Source: a virus | Taxonomy: Duplodnaviria > Caudoviricetes | IMG/VR virus record: IMGVR_UViG_3300037873_000007 | Location: 1 to 46,737 of that record | Direction: 5' to 3' (one strand) | Length of the DNA: 46,737 nt | Shown here: positions 26,212 to 34,957 of the stretch, piece after piece | Layout of the letters: each line of letters starts with the position of its first letter | Position numbering within the stretch: position 1 is the first letter of the stretch | Made by a program: the position numbers and the translations under genes | The notes under the pieces: model-generated | Seen by the model: only the letters and a program-made list of their open reading frames with translations | Told to the model about the DNA's origin: nothing | The model's database searches: none

Positions 26212-26565
26212 ATGGGTATGTACGGACCGCATGAGTATTTGAGGGCCTTGCAGCACGAGACCCGGGTTTACCTGGACTCGATGCCTAACCCGACCAACAC
26301 GATCGAGGAGCAGCTGCTCAACCTGTTTGAAGAGGTGGGTGAGCTGGCCCGAGCAGTCCTCAAGCGCAAGCAAGGGATCAGAGGCACCCGAGGGGAATGG
26401 GACGCTGAGGTGCGCAAGGAGATCGGCGACGTGTTTGGTTCGCTCGTAGCTTGCGCCACGGTTGAGGGCCTGGACTTCTATGAGACGGTGGAAGAGAGGA
26501 TGGTGGAGGTGTTGGCCCGGCGCTGGGATAAAGACATCATGGGTCACGGACTCCCGGAGAGCTAA
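26212..26565 (+). CDS. MazG-like nucleotide pyrophosphohydrolase
   Basis: LFEEVGELARAV...KEIGDV (EExxE...ExxD). Confidence 0.88.
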   Translation: MGMYGPHEYLRALQHETRVYLDSMPNPTNTIEEQLLNLFEEVGELARAVLKRKQGIRGTRGEWDAEVRKEIGDVFGSLVACATVEGLDFYETVEERMVEVLARRWDKDIMGHGLPES

Positions 26566-26566
26566 G

Positions 26567-26848
26567 ATGTACGAGATCCGCCAGATGGATACTCTTACCC
26601 GAGAGACCCATCGGCCCTCGCACCTGGTCTACCGGCTGAGTGGGACGGGCAAGGGTTTCCAGGTATGGGAGTTTGTGGCCCTGTTTAGCAACGAGGAAGA
26701 CGCCACCTGGTATGCGGCCACGATGACAGCAGTCGATGCAGGGCTGGAGAGGCAACGAGTCATCGATGATCTGGCTGGGGTCATACGTAACAAGCGAGTC
26801 GAGATCGAACTTCAACTGGAGGAAGAGGATGAGGGAAGCACTGAGTAA
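26567..26848 (+). CDS. Hypothetical protein, 93 aa
   Basis: GGAG RBS; coupled. Confidence 0.6.
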   Translation: MYEIRQMDTLTRETHRPSHLVYRLSGTGKGFQVWEFVALFSNEEDATWYAATMTAVDAGLERQRVIDDLAGVIRNKRVEIELQLEEEDEGSTE

Positions 26849-27131
26849 TAACCACTTCTCCCATGACCAGCAGCTTCAAGACGTCCTGAACAAGCTGACT
26901 CCCCGAGAGTGGGAGATGGTCATCAGCGAGTTCCCCGAGCTGGATAGCGACATCGGGATCATCTACGAGGGGTTCGTGGGGGCGTCGCATTGGGACACCG
27001 TGAAGATGGGTGTCGACATCGAGTACCCTCAGCACGTGACCGACTTCATCGAGGCCCACACAGACATCCACTGGGAGGACGGAGAGCCTTGGCGGGAGGT
27101 TGATACGAGTGAGGTTGAGGTTGAGGAGTGA
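26829..27131 (+). CDS. Hypothetical acidic protein, 100 aa
   Basis: Coupled ORF; WEDGEPW motif. Confidence 0.65.
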   Translation: MREALSNNHFSHDQQLQDVLNKLTPREWEMVISEFPELDSDIGIIYEGFVGASHWDTVKMGVDIEYPQHVTDFIEAHTDIHWEDGEPWREVDTSEVEVEE

Positions 27132-27313
27132 CCTACCCCAACCTCCCGTGCGGCTGCCTGATACCCCCCGAGCTGATGGTGGGGTATCAAGGCGGCGATC
27201 GCCTCTTCACCTGTGGGATGCACGGACGCACGTTCGTAGTGAGAGGCAGTCAGGTTGTGACGTGGACGTTCCGAGTTGAAGAGAGGCCAAGTGGTCGAGA
27301 CACGGAAGAATGA
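27128..27313 (+). CDS. Small metal-binding protein, 61 aa
   Basis: LPCGC...CGMH; GTGA overlap. Confidence 0.6.
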   Translation: MTYPNLPCGCLIPPELMVGYQGGDRLFTCGMHGRTFVVRGSQVVTWTFRVEERPSGRDTEE

Positions 27314-27572
27314 GGCCGGGGTCGAGTTTCTGGTCATCCCTATCCGAGAGCTGGTCGATGTCCTCAAGGATGACGTCGATCAGCTCGTCCATGCCACGGC
27401 TGTGATGATGGAAGAGACGGCACTCATGCAGGCACTGGTCATGATCCACGGGCCAGACCGAGCCGCTGAAAGGTATGTCGCTGCCGGGGGCCATCTGAGG
27501 TTCATGGGGGATGACGTGGTGATTCTGTGGCCGAAGGGAGGGATGAGAGATGCGCCCGAACACTCCGGATGA
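27276..27572 (+). CDS. Hypothetical protein, about 95 aa
   Basis: Fills gap; start uncertain. Confidence 0.55.
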   Translation: MKRGQVVETRKNEAGVEFLVIPIRELVDVLKDDVDQLVHATAVMMEETALMQALVMIHGPDRAAERYVAAGGHLRFMGDDVVILWPKGGMRDAPEHSG

Positions 27573-28143
27573 TCTCTACGAGAAGTTGATCGTGGCGCAC
27601 GGGCCCACAGCTCGTGGAGTTGGGTGGCGCAATGAGGACGAGCAGAACCGGCGTTACCAGGTGATGTTCGAGGGCCACCAGTACGGCTACTCGTCGATCC
27701 TGGACGTCGGATGTGGGTATGGAGAGCTGGTGAGGTTCCTAGAGAGCAACCGGCCGAACTGGTTCCCACACATCAAGTACTGGGGCCTCGACACGAACCC
27801 TTACGCCATCGACCTGGCCCGAGCTGGGTTCGGGAACGCCAGGCCGGTGGACAGTGAGGGCGAGCGCAAGTTCATCGAGGGCGACATCCGAGAGATCAAG
27901 GGTGACGCCACGTTCGATCTCGTAGTGGGGTGTGGGGTGTTGAGCTGGTACGAGTTCAGGTACAAGCTGGAGATCTTGCAGGCCATGTGGGCGAGGTGTC
28001 GGAAGACGCTGGTGTTCAACATCAGGACCAAGGACGTTGGAGTAGCGGATCTGGCCTTCCTGCTGCCGATGTTCAAGACGCAGAACTGGAAGATCCGGCA
28101 TGACTACGGGCTGGATGAGATGACGGTGTGGGTGACTAGGTGA
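27550..28143 (+). CDS. Class I SAM-dependent methyltransferase, 197 aa
   Basis: ILDVGCGYG motif I, YWGLD, FIEGDI, FDLVV; N-terminal VGW...Q..RY. Confidence 0.88.
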   Translation: MRPNTPDDLYEKLIVAHGPTARGVGWRNEDEQNRRYQVMFEGHQYGYSSILDVGCGYGELVRFLESNRPNWFPHIKYWGLDTNPYAIDLARAGFGNARPVDSEGERKFIEGDIREIKGDATFDLVVGCGVLSWYEFRYKLEILQAMWARCRKTLVFNIRTKDVGVADLAFLLPMFKTQNWKIRHDYGLDEMTVWVTR

Positions 28144-28394
28144 ACTTGACCAATGCCCTTCTGGGTGGACTGATGCTCGTAGGGCCTCCCCTCCTGGCAG
28201 CTCTCGGGCTCGGAGTCATGTGGAAGTGCATGGAGGGGAGCAAGTGGTGGGTCGAGCTGGCCCTCATGTACTTCACGGCCGTGGTGGGTGTTGCATGTCT
28301 GGTGTGGGTGCTGAGATCGCCGGCCTGGATCGAGGAGAAGTTCCCGTTGGAGCCCTATGAGCCAGTGAAGATCCGAGAGGTTGAGGAGGGGTAG
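28140..28394 (+). CDS. Two-TM membrane protein, 84 aa
   Basis: Two hydrophobic helices. Confidence 0.7.
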   Translation: MNLTNALLGGLMLVGPPLLAALGLGVMWKCMEGSKWWVELALMYFTAVVGVACLVWVLRSPAWIEEKFPLEPYEPVKIREVEEG

Positions 28395-28606
28395 TGGGCA
28401 TTGAGAAGGTCAAGGAGACGACGGAGTGGTGCAGCTATCAGGCCCACTACCTGTCATACCTCTATGGGGAGATGGAGAGAACCCCGAAGTGGCGATGGAT
28501 GTACCGACGACGGTTGAAGAGGGCTCAGACTCTGGCTCAGCTGGAATACAACCAGGCCATCAACCGCATGATCGCCGCCATCAAGGAGATTGGGCCTCAG
28601 CGATGA
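28394..28606 (+). CDS. Hypothetical protein, 70 aa
   Basis: GAGGAGG RBS; coupled. Confidence 0.65.
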   Translation: MGIEKVKETTEWCSYQAHYLSYLYGEMERTPKWRWMYRRRLKRAQTLAQLEYNQAINRMIAAIKEIGPQR

Positions 28607-29757
28607 GTGACAACCGGGCGAGCGTCAGGTGGGAGATCAGTCACGGTGGAGAAGGGGAAGATCAGTCCCTCATCATCCGGGCGTCTGCGTTGGGCCACCC
28701 GTGCATGTGGGAGCTGATCGCCTCGGGGCAAGGCATCGATCCCGGCACTCTCCCCAAGAACATGGCTCGGGCCTTCCAAGAGGGACATGATGCCGAGCCT
28801 CTCATCATCCGAGATCTGGAGGAGAAGTACGGGTTCATCTTCCATTCGAGACAGCACGAGGGCAAGTTGCACCTCGTAGACAACATCTACGTGATGTACC
28901 ACCCAGATGGTGTGGGGATAGTGAGAGGGTGGTTCCTCCGTCAGTACTGCCACATTCAGATCCAGCCAGTTGATCATGAGACAGGTATGAAGGCCGTCTT
29001 CGAGATCAAGAACCTGTCGAACTCCCTCTGGTGGGATGCTGTGAAGAAGGGCGTCGAGGAGACCATCACGGAGTACCCCTGGCAGCTGAGTGCGATGATG
29101 CAGGGGGAGGGATTGCCGGGGTTGTGGATCTGTCGCAACAAGGGCCTCCCTCCTGACAAGGAGACGGGGGTGAAGCCGTACTGCGAGCACGAGGGCAAGC
29201 TGCACTTCCAGTTCGTGGACATGCCCTTCATAACTCACGACGAGATGGTTGAGAAGGCACTGCTCATCAAGGAAGGGGTGCTCGGTGAAGATCTCCGCAC
29301 GTCGGACCGGCCCTGCGATACACCTAACCATTTCCCCTGCCGATTCTTGGCAGTGCGACCTGAGCCTGAACCTGGACAGGGAAGAGATGGTGAGGAAGTC
29401 GGGGGAGAGGGTATGGGAGCATCGGGTGTCCTCCATGTTTCAGGTGAGGACGCCAAGGTGTTGGATGAGGACATCCGGCAGTATCTGTTTCTCAAGGGGC
29501 AAGCGAAGGAGAACAAGGAGCGGCAGGACGCCATCCGAGACAGAATCATTGAGACCGGTACGAGGTTACTGGGACGAACCCCGGAGGAGATCCAGACCGA
29601 CAAGTGGCGGGTCCCGGTGAAGCCAAGTTACTCATCGGGGTATGAGTGGGACAAGATGAGCCCTGAGTTGAAGCGGGCCGTCGAGAAGTACAAGAAGAAG
29701 GGTAAGGTCACCGGACATCATGTTCGGGACATCGAGCGATTGGACTTAGGAGACTAG
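28603..29757 (+). CDS. Cas4-like/RecB PD-(D/E)xK exonuclease, 384 aa
   Basis: IRASALGHPC, GH..E, HPDG, FEIK, YPWQL, C-terminal Cys. Confidence 0.8.
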   Translation: MSDNRASVRWEISHGGEGEDQSLIIRASALGHPCMWELIASGQGIDPGTLPKNMARAFQEGHDAEPLIIRDLEEKYGFIFHSRQHEGKLHLVDNIYVMYHPDGVGIVRGWFLRQYCHIQIQPVDHETGMKAVFEIKNLSNSLWWDAVKKGVEETITEYPWQLSAMMQGEGLPGLWICRNKGLPPDKETGVKPYCEHEGKLHFQFVDMPFITHDEMVEKALLIKEGVLGEDLRTSDRPCDTPNHFPCRFLAVRPEPEPGQGRDGEEVGGEGMGASGVLHVSGEDAKVLDEDIRQYLFLKGQAKENKERQDAIRDRIIETGTRLLGRTPEEIQTDKWRVPVKPSYSSGYEWDKMSPELKRAVEKYKKKGKVTGHHVRDIERLDLGD

Positions 29758-30617
29758 TGGCACCTACACCCCCCCTCCTGCCGAACGGCAACCCGATCAA
29801 GGAGCGCATCCAGATGTTTGGGCCTCCGAAGATCGGCAAGACACACCAGTTGTTCAACATCGCCCTGTGGCACCAGAACATCGGCTCGGATGCCATGTTC
29901 TATGGTCTCAATAGCGATACGTCCTGGGAGACGCTGATGTTCAACGAGGAGTTCCAGGGCCTCACGAACATCACCTGGCGTGACTGCAACTACTTCCAGG
30001 ACTACGTGAACGCCGCCCGAGAGTTCCATCCCCTGCTGCGAGAACAGGACTGGATGGTGCTGGATTTGAGCGACCATGCCTGGCAGGCAAGTCAGGATGA
30101 GTTCGCCCGCATGAAGACACGAGAGGGTGGGAGCGAGATCGAGGACGTCGGGGATCTCTGGACAGTCGATGACGCTCCCCGAGACAAGGACGGCAAGCAG
30201 AAGTACCCGATCGAGGGATGGGACTGGGGCATGCCCAACGCTCGGTACCGCATCCTGGCCAACAACTACATGATGAGAGGCCAGGGGCACCGACTGATCA
30301 TCTCGGGGGCCACGGGCATTGTCGACCCGACGGCCAACATGAAGGAAGACGACACGACGAAGCGGGCCCGTGAGATGTTCAAGCACCTCGGGGCCAAGCC
30401 GGCGGGCCAGAAAGACGACCCATTCCGCTATCACACGGTCCTGTATGTCGATGGCAACGAGGCCGAGCACTCCCAGAGGATCGCAACGGCCGGCGAGAGA
30501 TGGGGCAACAGGAAGTGGATGGGAAGGAGGCACCGGGGCGGCCAGATCACGCCCGAGCCGATGAGTGACTTCTTCATCGACTACCTGGTGAACACGGCTG
30601 GATGGAGCATGGATTGA
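29757..30617 (+). CDS. AAA/RecA-fold P-loop ATPase (Sak4/AAA_24-like), 286 aa
   Basis: MFGPPKIGKT Walker A, WMVLD Walker B; adjacent to exonuclease. Confidence 0.8.
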   Translation: MAPTPPLLPNGNPIKERIQMFGPPKIGKTHQLFNIALWHQNIGSDAMFYGLNSDTSWETLMFNEEFQGLTNITWRDCNYFQDYVNAAREFHPLLREQDWMVLDLSDHAWQASQDEFARMKTREGGSEIEDVGDLWTVDDAPRDKDGKQKYPIEGWDWGMPNARYRILANNYMMRGQGHRLIISGATGIVDPTANMKEDDTTKRAREMFKHLGAKPAGQKDDPFRYHTVLYVDGNEAEHSQRIATAGERWGNRKWMGRRHRGGQITPEPMSDFFIDYLVNTAGWSMD

Positions 30618-30724
30618 GAGGTCTCGATGCAGTACTCATAGGAGTACTCCTAATCCTTGCAGGCGTTCTAGTCATGTTGGTCCACACACTTATCCAGCTA
30701 TACCAAGAGAGGTGTTCGAGGTGA
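30602..30724 (+). CDS. Small membrane protein, about 40 aa
   Basis: AVLIGVLLILAGVLVMLVH; start ATG 30602 or TTG 30614. Confidence 0.45.
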   Translation: MEHGLRGLDAVLIGVLLILAGVLVMLVHTLIQLYQERCSR

Positions 30725-31119
30725 ATGAGGCTTACATCCGGCGCCTGATCGAAACCCTGAAAGACTATGGGTACCACCGCAACGAGACGTTCATGACTCG
30801 GAACACGGCCAAGGAAGCAGCTCGGGTACTGGAAGAGTTGACCGCTGAGAAGTTCGTTCCCCTCAAGCCGGGACGATGTGAACATGCCTGCTTCTTCAAC
30901 CTGGACGATGGGCGAGTGATCGCTACCCGTTGCAAGAAGACCAAGGTCGGGCACGGAAGGCAGCACGAAGGCCGGGGAGAGGACCAGTTTCCGCTGGAGG
31001 CTTGCTACTGGCTCCCGGGAGACAAGCACGAGTTCAGGACCGACCGAACGGATTTCTACGCCTGGATAGTGAAGGAGGGAGACTTTGGAGCAGCCGAAGA
31101 TTCTCGTGAGTCCAGCTGA
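30721..31119 (+). CDS. Hypothetical protein with Cys/His motif
   Basis: C..AC...RCKKTKVGHGRQH; GTGA overlap. Confidence 0.65.
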   Translation: MNEAYIRRLIETLKDYGYHRNETFMTRNTAKEAARVLEELTAEKFVPLKPGRCEHACFFNLDDGRVIATRCKKTKVGHGRQHEGRGEDQFPLEACYWLPGDKHEFRTDRTDFYAWIVKEGDFGAAEDSRESS

Positions 31120-31780
31120 GCCCGAGTTCTTCTGGGACCTGGGCGAGCTGAGCAGCCGATGCGAGGAGATGGGTGCCGACTTCCTGTGGCACTCCAAGAT
31201 GGGGTTAGTAGGGGTGCAGAGAAAGCAGTTCCCTGCCGACTTCATGGCGAGCAAGAATGATGGCAGGCTCAACAAGGAGTACCGGCAACTCCAGGCGTGC
31301 GACGTGAGAGTGCTGGCGCTGGAAGGAAGAGGCCGGTGGTCGAACACGGGCTATCTGATGATCGACTACACCCAGCAGAGATGGCACATCACCCAGCACC
31401 GCAACTACCTGGCGAGCGTCCAGATCCACAAGGGTGTCACGCTGGCCACTACTGAGAACATCTCGGACACCTTCGTGTGGATCGAGAGTTTCCAGAAGTG
31501 GACGAACAAGGATGATCACCTGAGTCTTGAGGTGAGACCGGCCGCTCCCAAGAACGAGTACTGGGCGGAGATCGCTAACCGGGACTACCAGAAGTACTTC
31601 CTCCAGAGTTTGCCCTACATCGGGCCCAAGCTGGCCGATGCCATCATCGACCACTTCCATGGGGTGCCGTTCCGGTTGAATGCCACGTTTGAAGATTTCC
31701 TGGAGATCCCTGGGATTGGGCCTGGGCGGGCGCAGAAGATCTGGGATGTGTTCCACAAGCTGGAGGCCAGTAGTGAGTGA
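31085..31780 (+). CDS. ERCC4/XPF-family structure-specific nuclease with HhH pair
   Basis: GADF...VQRK...DF..S..DGRL, LALEG; LPYIGPKLA and IPGIGPGRA HhH motifs. Confidence 0.85.
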   Translation: MEQPKILVSPAEPEFFWDLGELSSRCEEMGADFLWHSKMGLVGVQRKQFPADFMASKNDGRLNKEYRQLQACDVRVLALEGRGRWSNTGYLMIDYTQQRWHITQHRNYLASVQIHKGVTLATTENISDTFVWIESFQKWTNKDDHLSLEVRPAAPKNEYWAEIANRDYQKYFLQSLPYIGPKLADAIIDHFHGVPFRLNATFEDFLEIPGIGPGRAQKIWDVFHKLEASSE

Positions 31781-32012
31781 TCCCATGATGGAGACTGAGG
31801 CTTGGCAACGGGGCCTCGAACGAGCGAAGGCTGAGTTGGCCAAGATCCCTCCCCCCGACGGCACAGTGTCGGTGAGTTCCGCCAACGATGGTCACGCCGA
31901 TCTCTACAACGTCCCCTACTTCAAGCTGTGCAAGATCTGCGGGTGGGGAAGGAAGTCAGACAAGTGCACGTGCGTCGAGGACGGGCGAGTGAATGAGAGG
32001 AGAGGGGTGTGA
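31773..32012 (+). CDS. Hypothetical protein with C-terminal Cys cluster
   Basis: CKICG...CTC; coupled. Confidence 0.6.
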   Translation: MSDPMMETEAWQRGLERAKAELAKIPPPDGTVSVSSANDGHADLYNVPYFKLCKICGWGRKSDKCTCVEDGRVNERRGV

Positions 32013-32527
32013 GTCTCCAGTACAAGTGCGACTACTGCGGAGAAGTCGTTGAGCCACCTGATGCTTATGGGCTCGGCGTGTTCACCAACGACACGGAGAG
32101 GGCGGGTAGAGCCAAGGTGTGGGAGGGGTTCGCAAGGCCTGAGAAGAAGTTGGGCCTCTCCATTACCCCCTTCATCGACGGCAACCCTGATAGCCAGATC
32201 TGTGGGGCATGTGTTGGGCAGGGGTTGAAGTCGATGATCGGGGAGCTGTGGCCTCCTATGCCAGATATCTTCAAGCCCGAGACTTGGAGTCCCCAACACT
32301 TCAAGAGTTCTCCTGAGTCGTTTGAGGAGTCGCTGGAGGGGTTCCTAGAGAGGAAGGCCGATGCCACGCACTCGCCTGGAAGTGATCGAGCAGATAGTGA
32401 CATGCCGGGAGTGCGAGCTGAGTCAGACGTGCCGGAGTCCAGTTCCGTTCCACACCCCTACGACGACGACATCGAGTGCATCTGTCCCGAGAGAGGCTGC
32501 ACTGCCCGAGTTCATCGTATTAGGTGA
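32009..32527 (+). CDS. Zn-binding hypothetical protein, 172 aa
   Basis: YKCDYCG...ICGAC; AGGAGAGG RBS; 167-nt overlap with UDG. Confidence 0.65.
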   Translation: MSLQYKCDYCGEVVEPPDAYGLGVFTNDTERAGRAKVWEGFARPEKKLGLSITPFIDGNPDSQICGACVGQGLKSMIGELWPPMPDIFKPETWSPQHFKSSPESFEESLEGFLERKADATHSPGSDRADSDMPGVRAESDVPESSSVPHPYDDDIECICPERGCTARVHRIR

Positions 32528-33146
32528 GGCCCCCGGCCAGGTTGAGGACTACCTCGGGAAGCCCTTCGTAGGGCCCGTTGGGAGATTCCTCAAGGTCCGT
32601 CTGGCGCACGTCGGTCTCCTCCACCGGGCAGTCTTCGCTAACACAGTGTGCTGCTGGCCCAAGGAAGAGATCGATCACAAGCCCAGTAAGAGTCATGTCA
32701 ACGCCTGCCGAGCCAACCTCCATGCTCAGCTGGAGATCGTTGAGAGCCCCTACGTACTGGCAGTGGGTGGCTATGCGCTTGAGGCCATGGTGAGACATGC
32801 CACGGTCATGAAGCATGCGCAGGGTGTATGGGTGCCTATTCATGGCAAGCTGGTCTTCCCGATCTACCACCCAGGGTATATTCTGAGAGCCAACGATGTG
32901 ACTCAGCTGAGGAAGTGGGAAGCTGAGATCTACAGGTTCTCAGAGACACTCAAGTTCCACGGGGTCTGGGACACACCCAACGTTGATGTCGATAAGCCGC
33001 CTTGGTGCTTGTACTGCGGTAAGGAGTGCTACTACGGCACGCAGGTCTGCTACAAGCACCGCAATGACTGGAGGAACGACCAGGTATGGGATCACGCTCG
33101 GAGAAAGAAGAGAAAGGTGCATCCCGACCAGACGACGATGTTCTGA
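32361..33146 (+). CDS. Uracil-DNA glycosylase family 4 (Fe-S)
   Basis: CRECEL, LGEAPG..ED..GKPFVGPVG, NTVCCWP, IYHPG. Confidence 0.92.
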   Translation: MPRTRLEVIEQIVTCRECELSQTCRSPVPFHTPTTTTSSASVPREAALPEFIVLGEAPGQVEDYLGKPFVGPVGRFLKVRLAHVGLLHRAVFANTVCCWPKEEIDHKPSKSHVNACRANLHAQLEIVESPYVLAVGGYALEAMVRHATVMKHAQGVWVPIHGKLVFPIYHPGYILRANDVTQLRKWEAEIYRFSETLKFHGVWDTPNVDVDKPPWCLYCGKECYYGTQVCYKHRNDWRNDQVWDHARRKKRKVHPDQTTMF

Positions 33147-33172
33147 TCTGGGATGACCTGAGCGGGCCTCCA

Positions 33173-33295
33173 ATGTCAGATGAGCAGTTGGAGAAGATGA
33201 GGGAGTGGTGGGAGAATGAAGTCGCAGCAAGGTTCAAGCCGAGGCCCGTATCGTCCCAGAAGGAAGGAGACCTCTATGACCAGAGAGGAGGATGA
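33173..33295 (+). CDS. Hypothetical protein, 40 aa
   Basis: Fills gap; weak RBS. Confidence 0.4.
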   Translation: MSDEQLEKMREWWENEVAARFKPRPVSSQKEGDLYDQRGG

Positions 33296-33539
33296 GGAAT
33301 GGGATGAGTGGCTAGACAGCATTATCACAGGCATCAATCGCAACAAGGACAAGGAGAGCAAGGCCACCAAAGAGACTCCGGTGCCGTTCTCGCCAGGATT
33401 CCACCCGAGTGAGAGAGGAGGTGAAGATGGCCAAGTCAGCACCGCCGCCGCCGAAGCCTCAGCCGAAGCCGGCGACCAAGCCGACCCCCGTTCCCCACAG
33501 CCCGGGTCAGACGCCGACGACCCCGAGGGGTCCAGGTAA
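33276..33539 (+). CDS. Hypothetical acidic protein, 87 aa
   Basis: AAGGAG RBS before ATG 33276. Confidence 0.5.
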   Translation: MTREEDEEWDEWLDSIITGINRNKDKESKATKETPVPFSPGFHPSERGGEDGQVSTAAAEASAEAGDQADPRSPQPGSDADDPEGSR

Positions 33540-33555
33540 CTACCCACAGAGATGA
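33427..33555 (+). CDS. 42-aa proline-rich peptide (MAKSAPPPPKPQPKPATKPTP...)
   Basis: Strong AGGAGGTGA RBS; ends just before the terminator. Confidence 0.55.
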   Translation: MAKSAPPPPKPQPKPATKPTPVPHSPGQTPTTPRGPGNYPQR

Positions 33556-33564
33556 TGTGAGATG

Positions 33565-33606
33565 AGAAAGCCCCCGGGTCCTACGAGAGGGACCTGGGGG
33601 CTTTCT
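33565..33606. terminator. Bidirectional terminator at convergence of the two arms
   Basis: AGAAAGCCCCCGGGTCC / GGACCTGGGGGCTTTCT. Confidence 0.8.
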
Positions 33607-33768
33607 TGTGCATCTGTTCCCCGGGGGAGAGGGAATCTCAGCCCGGAGTTGTGGGTGTTGACACTGAGTAGCCGATGGCGCCTCCTTCCCCTGAATCGAA
33701 CACACGTGCGACGCTGTGTGGCGATCTCCGGGCCTCGATCGACGTCGGAGGGGTAGGGGTGCCGGCGA

Positions 33769-34305
33769 TCAGGTCACCTGGTCACGGTTGCGCCGCTCGG
33801 ACTCCTCCTCGAAGCGCTCGGGCACCTCTCGCAGCTCGGCCAGGTCGTTGTCCGTGACCTTGAAGGTTCGCTCGGCGTAGAAAGCCGTCCACACGACCGT
33901 CCACTCACGGGCACAGTCACATCTCAGCGTGACCGTCGATGGAGCGTCGGGGTAGGTGTGGACCTGAGCCACCTGCACGGCATGGCCCTTGTGGACGTCC
34001 ACCTCATCTCCACCGGGCTCACCGGTCTCGGGGTCACGGCCCCGCACCTGCTCACGCAGCTCCTTGGGAACGTAGATGTACGAGCCCGTCTGGGGCGGCG
34101 GGAAGGAGCGGATCACGGGGCGATCGCCGGCCCGGGTCTGGACGAGCCGCTCGACGTTCTCCTCGGCCTTCTCCTGCTGCCCAGCTGCCACGAGATCTTC
34201 GTGGGTGGGAGCCTGGGCACGAACCTCGGAGTCCTCATCGAGCATCGGCTGCTCCTGCTGCTCCTCCAGCTTCTCCAGGTTCTCCTTGTCCTGTGCCTTG
34301 GTCAT
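33769..34305 (-). CDS. Hypothetical late protein, 178 aa
   Basis: GAGGAG RBS; ATGA overlap. Confidence 0.7.
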   Translation of the reverse strand: MTKAQDKENLEKLEEQQEQPMLDEDSEVRAQAPTHEDLVAAGQQEKAEENVERLVQTRAGDRPVIRSFPPPQTGSYIYVPKELREQVRGRDPETGEPGGDEVDVHKGHAVQVAQVHTYPDAPSTVTLRCDCAREWTVVWTAFYAERTFKVTDNDLAELREVPERFEEESERRNRDQVT

Positions 34306-34556
34306 CGTGGCATCTCCTCACTGAACGGGGCGGACGTGGTGGGGGCCGGGGCGTTCTCGGCCTTGTAGACCCCGACCATGACGGCCAGGGTGCCGACGAG
34401 CGTCACGAGTGCTCTCACGGCTGTCTCAGCTTCGACGAAGCTGACGTTCTCGTCGGCGAGGATGGTGCGGATGAGATCTCCGTAGCCGAAGAGGGCAGTC
34501 AGGATGCCGCTCACCCACATCTTCTTCGTGTAGAGGAAGTCCAGGATCTTGTCCAT
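34302..34556 (-). CDS. Putative holin, 84 aa
   Basis: Two hydrophobic segments, small size, downstream of endolysin. Confidence 0.6.
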   Translation of the reverse strand: MDKILDFLYTKKMWVSGILTALFGYGDLIRTILADENVSFVEAETAVRALVTLVGTLAVMVGVYKAENAPAPTTSAPFSEEMPR

Positions 34557-34957
34557 CAGACTGCATCTCCTGTCTTCATCGTCTCATCGACGGGTGGCAG
34601 GGGCTCGGCCTCTGCTCGGGCCTTGACGAACATGTCCTGGAGCGAGCCGAGTCCGAGGCGACCATCGGGCCGCCGGCCAGTGAGCGTCTTGATGCGCTCA
34701 CGAAGGTAGAGCTTCTTCTCTTCGTCTCCGAGGCCCGCCATCGCTGCCTCATCGGGGTCGGCGTAGTGCACCTGGCGCTTGTCGTCCACGAAGGCGAACT
34801 GGTCAGACTCTCCACCGAAGGCTTCGGTCTGCTCGTAGTGAACCTGGTTGCACTCAGGCTTGGGGCACTGACGTCTCGACTTACCCCCGACGCCCTGGGC
34901 AGTAGGGGGCCCGAAGAACCTGGAGTGGCAGTTGGGGCACCGGAACTCGACGTTCAT
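34556..34957 (-). CDS. Zn-ribbon protein, 133 aa
   Basis: CPNC...CPKPEC. Confidence 0.65.
   Translation of the reverse strand: MNVEFRCPNCHSRFFGPPTAQGVGGKSRRQCPKPECNQVHYEQTEAFGGESDQFAFVDDKRQVHYADPDEAAMAGLGDEEKKLYLRERIKTLTGRRPDGRLGLGSLQDMFVKARAEAEPLPPVDETMKTGDAV

Noticed and set aside
27550-28143. Methyltransferase as a DNA methylase of a restriction-modification system
   Set aside because: No DPPY/NPPY or PC catalytic motif; looks like a small-molecule class I methyltransferase
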